NCBI GenBank assembly: GCA_003344405.1
Contig: NOWV01000160.1
Span: forward strand, 62,001-126,000
Direction of reading: 5' to 3'
DNA length: 64,000 nucleotides
Source of the DNA: Trichoplax sp. H2
Taxonomy: Eukaryota
Under the pieces are notes generated by a model. The model ran no database searches. It saw only the letters and a program-made list of their open reading frames with translations, and had not been told where the DNA came from. Both the position numbers and the translations under genes were made by a program. Of the stretch, positions 54,040-64,000 are shown in pieces. Within the stretch, counting starts at the first letter, position 1, and every line of letters starts with the position of its first letter.

Positions 54040-56108
54040 AGTGAAGCACTTTACATATTTATGTTTCTACTGAAAAACTAACGCTATATATATAATTTAA
54101 ATCCACTCTTTTTCTCTACTGCTAAACCGATAAATTTCATCACTTTATCTACTTTTATTCTATTTCATTTAAAAAACGAATAATGTTATGTTTTAGAAGT
54201 ACAAATATAATAAATTAAAAATATTAAAAACAAAATGTATTACCGTAGCTAGTGAAATATTTAATAACAGAAATTTGCAATAGTTTGCGTTATCCAATAC
54301 ACCGTGTACTTACTTCCGGATTTATGCTTAGATTGAAAAGAAATTACAATAGTCAAATATTATTTAAATTTTAAGTCGTACATAAGTATCTGAATTCATT
54401 TGGGTATATCGAACACGTTATTATCACAAAACATAAATGTTACGGAAAGTAATATTTTAAAGGCAATAAAATGAAAATAGATACTCTAATTGGAAGAATA
54501 TTATTACTATTCCCATTAATAGTATCGTAGACAATTAATCATATAAGATAGTCAATTTCATAGAGCATTAATTTAACAATTAGCTGATACAGTTATCACT
54601 AGGTGACGAAGAGGAAAGAAATCAGAATGGAACTGTAAGAGTCAAGTTGATCTATAAGGCAACGGTAATTCTTTAGTACTATCAAAACATCATACTTAAT
54701 TATACCTAATGCAGAATTAGGCACCAGTAATATACTAACAGATTGAAGCTGTAAAAGGAAACCAGTTATATTAAAATCCATTAAGTTATAGCAGTTTCAT
54801 GTATTCCTTATAAGCTCTTATGGTGTAAAGGTGCAGTTAACTACGTGTGCTTCGACTTTATTATTGAATCAAAACATGAAGCTGCATCCATACTCGAGGA
54901 AAATCACTTCGCTATATTAGCTCAATATAACCCTAATTGTTCCTCATTTTTTTACAAAATTTAGCCATAATCTGTTCATCTTCAAAAATATAACCAAAAT
55001 TACGTGAGAAAAGGAATTTGTCTAAGTTGAATAAATAAAGAAATTACAGTAAATAAGATTCCGTCCAGGTCATAGGATTTTTCTAACCTTTAACCTGTCA
55101 AAAAAATATGAAAATGATAACTAATAATATAATATAAGAATTTGGTCTAGGTTGCATATTACCGAACAAGACCGTATACCAAACTTAGATAAAATGTTGC
55201 ACCTTACAGTATATATCCATATAGAATAATAACAGAAATTATAATCTTATGTTATACTTGTATGATGCATTTATTGCTGTCTATTTATTATCAAAGTCCA
55301 ATAATAAATTTTGCACATCATCATATTACTGAACTCAAAAATTATCAATCTGTGGTGAAGCTTTCAATCGAAGTTAGCACTTAATAATTACAAGTGTTTG
55401 TAGCGTAACAATTTTTGCAAGCTAAAGTACTAGCTGAGCTTAACCATAACTTGTTATACGATATTCAGGCTGATAAACTACAGTACAAATTTAGTCAAAA
55501 TCTTTTAGTATTAACAAGTCCATCTAGAAGTTAGTAAGCGATGATTAGTCTTCTATTCATTTGCATCGGATGGCCTAAGCAGCTTTTCTCACAAGTCGAG
55601 CATCACTTAGATGTTATTTGTTCAAAAGCAGAAAGCTCGTGGACTCTGTAATGGATAATTTCCGTCCACTATTTTAAGCCTGGGTATACAATTTAAAATA
55701 CTATTTGAAAGCAAAGTAAAATTTAGCTTGGAATTTTAAATTTTTATCACATGAAAGACTGAATATAAATTTAAATTACGGTGAAAAGGTTTATTATCAA
55801 TCAGCAAGATAAAATTAAAATTAATTACCTCTCCATTCATACTACAGCTAAAGATGGCAAATATTTGAACTTAAATATCACAGTCTAACAGTATGGTCTA
55901 GTGACTCCAACATGTAAACTGAATTTATTTTGGTCGCGAATAGCTCATCATTTAGAAACACATTAATCGAAATATACTGAATATAAGATCTGCAAACGTT
56001 CTTACACGGATTAAAATACTAGAGGCATGCAACAATTTTGTTGCAAATGAAATCTTGTAATCAGATTGTACAGAGGTATAAATACGAGTCACTTGATTGA
56101 ACTGAATT

Positions 56109-59100
56109 TTATAGCATATCATCTACTTTTCCACCAATCCACCAATTAGTAGTATCATTTAAATGAGAAGTACAAGTAAATTTTGTATTAATGTTGTTGT
56201 ATAGACCAAAATTCGTTTCGCCTACAGTAGTTTCTGGAAAATAATCGTTGTATTGGCATGATTTTGTCCCTCGCAAATGTGTATGACGGTTTCGATCGCC
56301 AATTAGAAGTACAGATCTTTTCTCAATCCAGTATCCGCGAATATTAAGGTAATCCATATAAGAACACCCCAAATATCCTTCACTTAAAATATCTGTTCTG
56401 TTGAAATAACTGCGCATGTAATCTACCGGCTTGCTTGAATATGGAAGGGTTCGTGAATTAAAGTTACAAGTCGCTCGCCACATAGATTTACAGGTAAGAC
56501 TATGATCTATTTGGACTAGTTGCTTCATTTGATCTAATTGCAATCGATACAGTTGCCAATGAGAATACTCTGGTACCGTAGGAAAGTGTTGGTTATATGA
56601 GAACCCACGAGTGACCAGACTTTTCCAATTCAGAGCGAAAGACTCAATCAGCGTCCATACATATCCTGGCTCGGAGTTAAAATCGCAATATACACGCCAA
56701 GGCGTTCGTGTTCGATTAGCCAGCTTATTCCCGCATTCAGGATTTCCATATATGCTATAAAACCCATTGGGTAAATGTTTCTTTTCATTAAGCATCAGTT
56801 CAAGACAGGATCTTACCTTGGGGATTTCTACAACTCGAGTATAATCATAAAGCCATATAGAAAATCAAATTCTAATTAAATGCATTATTGATCGTCTTAA
56901 TGCGATATTTGACAGTAAAATTAGAAAACATCTCATCATTAGCGGAAATAAGTATTAATTTCCCAATATTAAAGGCTAGGTAATGATTAAATAATTGTAG
57001 AATCACACGCTATGTAGTCCTCCTTTCATTTTATGCATTTCAGCTGCTTCTTGAAATATATAAAGACTAATACTAGGAATTTTGCAGGAGTACTATACGA
57101 ATCTACTAATGATATTATTTTATTATTTGATATTTATTCCAGCCAGTTCTAAATTTTTTTAATTCGCTAACCTTATTCACAGTGACGTCCTGTATAGCTT
57201 GAAGAGCAATTGCAGAGATAGTCACCACCAGGCTGTAATGAGCATCTTCCATTGACACAAGGATTGGAACTACATGGATCTTTTTAGAATCATTTTCATT
57301 AAAATACAGTTGTTAATTAGTAAAGGATTGCTATTTAATAATGTATATCTGTTTACATCTTGTATAACATCATTTTATTTTAATACATTATGCTAATTAA
57401 TTAATAAAGGATTGCTACTTAATAATTTAGATCTTGAAATTTTTATTACCTGTCAAGATACCACAGTGACTTAAATAACATGCAGACATAGAATCAATTT
57501 TATAAGTATCATATCCAGAACAGTGTTTAACCTTGATGACTTTAGCACTTGAACATCGAGGGAAGCCAAAGTGAAAGCAAACATTGAATTTATGGATATT
57601 GTCACCATCGACGTCCCTAAAATCTGAATTCCATTTTCAGAAGTTAGTCCTTATCTCTTAATAATAAGCCTAAATCTAAAATCACAAGCATAGATACGCT
57701 AATTCTCTGTCATTATCAATAAATGCAATTAGTAGTATTCTAATATATATTCCAATTAAATATCTGTTACTGACCCTGAGCATTGTATAGTCTCTTAGCT
57801 ATAGGAAAGCATTTGATCTGACGTTTAATTCGGTACCATTTCACCGCGTTGTCCTGTATGGTATTACATCGATTGACCAGATCCGAAATATGATTGAAAT
57901 CAGGAATTAAATCTCTGGTTCTACTATGTAATCCAACTGAGCCATTCTTGCAAGGATCTTTAGATTTAAGTGAAATACCTTACGAAACGCCGTTTTTGTG
58001 TTCTCGCATACAGTATTCATTATACAAGATATTTCTACGGCGAGAATAATAAAATGACCTACCTATACATCCACGAAGATCATCCTGTAGCTCAAAATTA
58101 CCAGGACATGAGCAAAAATAACTACCGTGAGTATTAGTGCAAAGTCTATTGCATCCACCATTTTTGATCATGCACTCATCAATGTCTATCCAAAAATTGA
58201 GAATAAGCATATAAATTCCTTGCTTCCTCTCACATGTACATACTGTATTCCTTGTACGCCACATGGCATCGTTACATTAATTATTCTGCTCTCTCATTAC
58301 AACTAAGACTATTGCAAATATTTAAAGGATTATAGCAATTACGATCATGATTTTATATGCGATGCAACCTTAGAGATACTACACAGTTTTAAGATTAAAA
58401 TCTACTAACAAAAATATCTTTTAATCACACTTCATCGCCTACTGATCCTATTTACAACAAGGGCATACTATAAAACGTCCTATTTTCCACTGAAGTAAAA
58501 TCTTTGAATTACTAACGAATGGATATAGAATTAGTAATATTAAATTTACCTTGATCACATTTAATTCCTGTGTATCCTGATTGGCAGTGACAGACGTAAT
58601 CATCTTCACTTATCGTACAATTACCGTAAACACAAGGATTGGGATCGCATTTATCTAATGTTACACAAAAAATATTTAATAACAACAATGCCAAAACTTC
58701 TCTCTTGATCTTTGCTACACGAGCCATGATGGATATAGCAACTACTCGAGAGCATCTCAAATATTTCAATACTGAGGTAATACCATCTTCAGAACATTGC
58801 TAAAATAGCGCATAGCTTGCTCGAGTTCTAGCTATACCTTAACGCTTTTTGAGGTATTATAACTAAATCAATTCAGAATTACTGAACTCGAAACTACCAT
58901 GACCTTAGTTCGCATTCTTTCTAACCGAATCCTCTATTGCATTGTTGTCATCCTAACATAAGGTAATACTACTACAAATATAGTGAGAAAACACCCTCTA
59001 TGGCACAATTTACTGTAATGCTGGAGTTAAGTTGACTATTAACCATAATAAATGTTCTATCAGTCTATAATACCAACTTACTTGCTTTATCGGCACAATA

Positions 59101-60705
59101 TCTTTTAGCAACTTGGCACTCTGTTATCGGTTCAAGAAAATAACTAAAATATTTACCACAATTTTTAATTTTAATCTGCAGAGACCACGAGCAAATTCTC
59201 TTAAAGTTAAAACAAACAGTTCTCTGGACGATTCCATCCGTAACTAGATTGAAAGATGATCTTTCTATCAATAGCTTGTTCGAAGAGACATTTATATAAT
59301 TTTATGAAAGCTTGATTTGTGTAGAGAGGCTATATTAAACGTTACCTGTAAGATGGTTTCCGTTTAGCCAGCCCGTTGAAATAGTATGACATTGGAGCAT
59401 TTCTACTGGATGAGTTACAAGCATGACCGACTTTGAATGATTTTGAAGATGATACCAAGCAGATGAAAAATTAACTTTATCGCAAAGGATCGAATTGCTA
59501 TCATCAGCGCTATCACTATGCCCAATCAGCCGGGAGGTGGCGTTTAGAATTAAAGAATCGATGCAAGGATCTAAAAAATAAGTCTTAGAGTAATAACGCG
59601 TCCTTCCAATAAAATTAGAGTAGCTAATTTGGGAATTATACGGAAATTAAGAAAAATGAACGGTAAGAAAAACGGCAGCTACTGCCTCTAACGTTATCAG
59701 CGTAAATACTTCATCAGATTTCAGAATGGTTTATAGCGATATTGTCAGTTACCTATTTCGCAGTTTCTTCCTGTATAGAATTTCTTACATCGGCAAAAAT
59801 AGCCATTAGCCCAAATTTGACAACTTCCGTTATTAAAGCAAGGGTTAGGCCTACAATAATCTGAAAAAATGACATCTTATTAAGAGCCGGAATTAAATAA
59901 GGGAAATACGATACAGCTATGGTTCGTTTAATTCCTCAAACCTGGCTTCGTTGTGCAGTATCGAGCACAAAATGGCAGAGATGCAGTTGATGGTAATCGA
60001 TAGATGTAATAAACATCACAATTTTTAACTTGAACGGATAATTTTGAGAAACAGCAGTTGTTGTAGAAATAAAAGCAGACAGTTCTATTAACCACAGAGT
60101 CTGAAACTAAATAAAAACAGTGAATGTTTGATCGTAGCTGGTAAAACGATTCTATTGAGGTAAATCAACTTCAGGCAATTTTCAGGAAATTTGTGCCTTT
60201 GACAGTAATCCAACCTGCTGGATGTTCTTTGACCATCCATCCAGACGATAAGGTCAAACATCGACCATATTGTTTACTGCAGCTCTCAGGTAATACTTGA
60301 GAATCTTTGCCTCCTGTGAAACGATACCAATTATTATTTAACGCTTTATCGCACTGAAATGCCTTTGGACTCGAGGTGAATAGAAGCCTATTGATCGATG
60401 TTGATGAATCTATTAGCTTCTCGTATGCTTTACATGGATCTGTCGCATAATTTATTAGTATAATGGTTGTCTTAATAGGCAAAATTAAATCATTTATCCT
60501 TCAAATACCTGCAATAGAATACCTCGAAATAGCCAAGACAATCAACTATAATTTCAAAATTAAATAAATATTAGTAATGTCTTTAAATTTTACTCTCATA
60601 ATAATGCTCTACTGTCTATTCTTAATTAATGAGGTTCCTTTTGCAAAAACTTACAAGAGTAACACGTCTCGAATTTAGTTCATAGATTTTACGTCCCTTA
60701 TACAT
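56109..60705 (-). CDS. Secreted mosaic protein: SP-D8C(UMOD/GP2/OIT3-type)-EGF-D8C-EGF-cbEGF-D8C-EGF-fibrinogen-related-like domain; 13 exons; in-frame stop in exon 12
   Basis: Exons on the minus strand: 60705-60655, 60545-60509, 60439-60215, 60106-59942, 59860-59753, 59570-59346, 59243-59082, 58654-58550, 58185-58063, 57957-57775, 57623-57450, 57279-57172, 56827-56109. Motifs DPC..CD..WYRF..C..GW..HP / RTVCF..C..VKNC..YY..C.RYC (D8C), DIDEC..C.NT.GSYFCSC (cbEGF), RSCLE..GFYSI..VYCD..WTLI (fibrinogen-like N-terminal subdomain). Confidence 0.85.
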
Positions 60706-62559
60706 TTGGCAGCAAGCGAAGATGACCTTATTTAGGATAAGTAAAGAGGCAACTGGAAGAAAATTTGAAAAAAAATATCATGAAATAAATCTAGTCTACG
60801 TAAATCATTTGCACAACATCTAGCTAAAGAATCCTCAAGCTGACCAATATAGGCACTAGTATAAATTTTAATCTTGACTATAAATCGTGCTAAAGATTGT
60901 TTAATGCTACTCACTAAAGGTTTTTATACTCACTTTTGGTGATAGTAGTCAAGCAGCTTATTTCCCTTCTCTATTTCAAGATTATATTTAAACCACAATC
61001 GGATTTTTCAGTTTCTGATAATGTGACGATAAAATCTCTTTCGCCGTTCTTTATAGGAAGAACCTTTGCTATAATTTCACCATAACCGTAACGAGCAACG
61101 ATTTTTCAATCAAAGATATTAAACAAGGGAGACATATCGTGCACCTGTTTATTTTTAATCTATATATATAGTATTATAATTAGTTCGTGAAAGTTCCATA
61201 AATACCTCTTATATTTAATGTTATAAGTGTAAATAAGTAGGTGATAATTGACTAGATTTTTACTGATTTATGATTATTAAAATTTATTTTTATTATTCAT
61301 CTAACACTAGATACAAATTAAAAATATGAAGTAAACCTGACATCTCTTAGATTTTTCGTGCCAACTAATATCAATCCGGTGCAGACATGCAACGTTTAAC
61401 TTTTAAACAGTGAATCAATTCCAGCATTAGCAGAGGCAAAGTTCTAATATGTTTACACTACTGAAGTGTTCCTAAAATTATCTACAACAAGCGTATACGA
61501 TAACCATACTATCTTGTGACAAGCAAATTACGAAGCTACAATACCAGAAATTATTTATCTTTTTATAATCTGCAGCTGTAGAGTATAACATACATCATAA
61601 TAAAAGACATGGCTGCTCTAGAATTTAAAATAAAAATCATGACCGTATCAATATAATTTGCACTCCTGGCTATCATAATTCATTGACTATTGCCAAAACT
61701 GTCGGCTATGTGTTATACTTGATTAATAAATGACTTAATAATAGTCTGGCATAATTTCTTTATTGTAGTGATTATTTCGATATATCGAGCCCTTGAATAG
61801 ATCAATGGCTTTAGTCTGTGCAATCTAATCAAAATTGCTTCATAGAGCCAATTGAGGGAAACTGCCCGCCTTCTCCGACCATTCACATCATTTTCAGACT
61901 TTATTAGGTAATGCTAGCCACTTTTTCTATTCTTGAAGGCTGTATAAAATAGCTGTTAGATCACTAAATTTATAAATAGACAAAACCAACCCAAAAACAA
62001 ATCTGAATTTGAAGGCAATATTCATTCTGGTAGTTACCTTTATCACCAATGACTACCATCTCATAAATTCTTTAGTACCAATCATTTATAAATGAAATTT
62101 CGTGAAAGACGCATTATAGTATTAATCTGGTAGAAGATGAACAGTGATGAATGTTGCATAATAAGTACTTCCACTCTATCGATGCCACTAGAAAGAATAT
62201 AGATTTTATACTAGTAATAATTCATTAAATCTTCAGTCAATGCACATGCAGAACCCTACGTTGCAAAATCTTTTGCTATAATTAATTTACAACATCTACG
62301 GCCTAACTATAGATCTTCTATTAAGTTATAAAATGAAATATGCCTTATGATAGCAATACCGTAGCATTAAAAATATTTGGAGTATATAATTTTCCTTTTA
62401 ATATAAGAAACTTCTTGTACTAGGATCATTAGTTTGCCTAGAACGATCCATTAGGTTTATTTTACGATAGTTGCTAAGACCTTAGGGGTATGGTTAGGGT
62501 GCTATTATCTTTACATTGTAGTAGTAATTAGGTATAGTGCATTGTTGCCTAGGCATACC

Positions 62560-63690
62560 GAATTACCAATATGGATTATCGCAACAAAAGAAAGTTAATA
62601 ATTCAGGAACTCTGTACAAATTAAACCTCATTATATTATGGTAGTAATCATGAGAAAAATACGATATAAATCGCTGTTGCGCGATAAAAACTTGCACACG
62701 GACTCGCTTAAACATTTACTAATTAACGATAAAACGGTAAAGGGATTCAGTAGTACTCTATTAAAAGCTTTTATTACGTTGTAATAGTAACTAGCTCTAG
62801 TAATGCTTATACCACTAGTTACCGTGAAAACGTTAGAATAGAATTAGTAGCTGTGCAGTGTTCATATGCATATGTGCTCGAAAATATTTACTAATAGGAA
62901 GGATTCATTGATACCTCAGTTAAATATACCGATATTGGCTGTTGCAATAACACTTAGTTAATAATTCAGAAACTGCGCATAAATCAAATCTTATTATGTA
63001 GTAGTAAGTAGCTATTTTGCTTATGCAGCTGGTTAACGTGACTATGTTCGAATAGAAATAGTATAATCTTCAAAACGTTTACTAATAAAGGATTCAGTAT
63101 ACTCCAGTAAAACTCTTCCAATATTGAATATTCCAATAAGAATTAGCCAATAAAACTCTACTCTTCTCAAATCTGGTTACGTTGCTTTAGTAACCAGCTC
63201 TAATGCCGATATAGTTGGTTATTGGTGAAAACATTCGAATGGAATTAGTAGCTGTGAGATGATTCTATGTACTCGTATATGATGCACTGGCCGCAAGGTT
63301 TACAAATAAGTAAGATTCAGTGTACTTTAGTAAAACTCCCCAATATTGACAATCACAACAACATAAAGTCAATCAACTTTGTACAACTTCAATCTTATTA
63401 CATTGCAGTAGTAATTATCTGTAATATATTGCTTACACAATCGATTATAACGGAAACGTTAAATAGAATTGGTTACTGAGAGATAATCATACGTACATGA
63501 CGTACTTGGTGCTCACTAAAATGTTTATTAATAAAAGGAATTCAATTTACTCTAGTAAAATTCTCCCAATATTGACTATCTCAATTTTTTTTTTTTTCCC
63601 AATATTCACTATCTCAATAACAAAAATTTAATCAACTCTACATAGCTCAAGTCTTACTACGTTGTAGTAAAAAATACTAACTAGCTGCAA
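62560..63690. repeat. Degenerate tandem array, ~160-225-bp units, 5-6 copies
   Basis: The block TTTACTAAT..GGATTCAGT.TACTC.AGTAAAA.TC.CCAATATTGA recurs near 62743, 62901, 63089, 63314 and 63537; GAAAAC.TT.GAAT.GAATT.GT recurs near 62826, 63227 and 63452. Confidence 0.8.
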
Positions 63691-64000
63691 AAGATTTCTT
63701 ACACAATACAGTTTAGCCAAAACAAGAATTTAGCCGAAATCTCCTCTGCTATTATGCATAATAACTGGCTAAAGTCCGAAATTTTAATACTTTTACCTTC
63801 AATTCGGGCTTCAGCCAGCTAGGATGCATGCTTGCCGGCTATTATGCATATTAACCGAGATCGAGTTTTAGCCGTAACGTATATACTGTATATATGTATA
63901 TTACTCAGAGTATCAATTATTGTCTTCATTGCGTCCACTATTGATAAATTATACAACATAAGCACAGCTTGAAATAACCATTTTGAAAATTTCAATGAAA

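Noticed and set aside
815-63479. Remaining 60-100-aa ORFs in the track
   Set aside because: Composition typical of random AT-rich DNA, many non-ATG starts, and no motifs or splice-consistent partners. The exception is 42822-43013, whose 5' part serves as the Ig gene signal exon.
62560-63690. CRISPR-like repeat-spacer structure
   Set aside because: The sequences between conserved blocks are homologous to each other and the blocks are degenerate, so this is a tandem array.

Overview
AT-rich eukaryotic (animal) genomic DNA with short GT-AG introns and single-exon rhodopsin-class GPCRs. The style suggests an early-branching metazoan such as a placozoan (Trichoplax-like), but this is inference only. 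I can support six genes. Three are single-exon class A GPCRs: two paralogues on the minus strand and one with opsin-like features but no retinal-binding Lys. One is an intronless 550-aa FAD-dependent oxidoreductase resembling bacterial D-amino acid dehydrogenase (DadA/DAO fold), a horizontal-transfer candidate. One is a 12-exon gene for a 5xIg + 1xFN3 + Ser/Thr stalk + GPI-signal adhesion protein (NCAM/Fasciclin II-like layout). One is a 13-exon secreted D8C(UMOD/GP2)-EGF-fibrinogen-like mosaic gene with an in-frame stop in a skippable exon. The intergenic DNA holds three copies of one LTR family (two are solo LTRs with perfect 5-bp target-site duplications), a second solo LTR nested in one of them, a decayed Gypsy-like gag-pro relic, a 14-bp minisatellite and a degenerate ~200-bp tandem array. 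No RNA genes or CRISPR arrays were seen. All calls were made by eye, without database searches.
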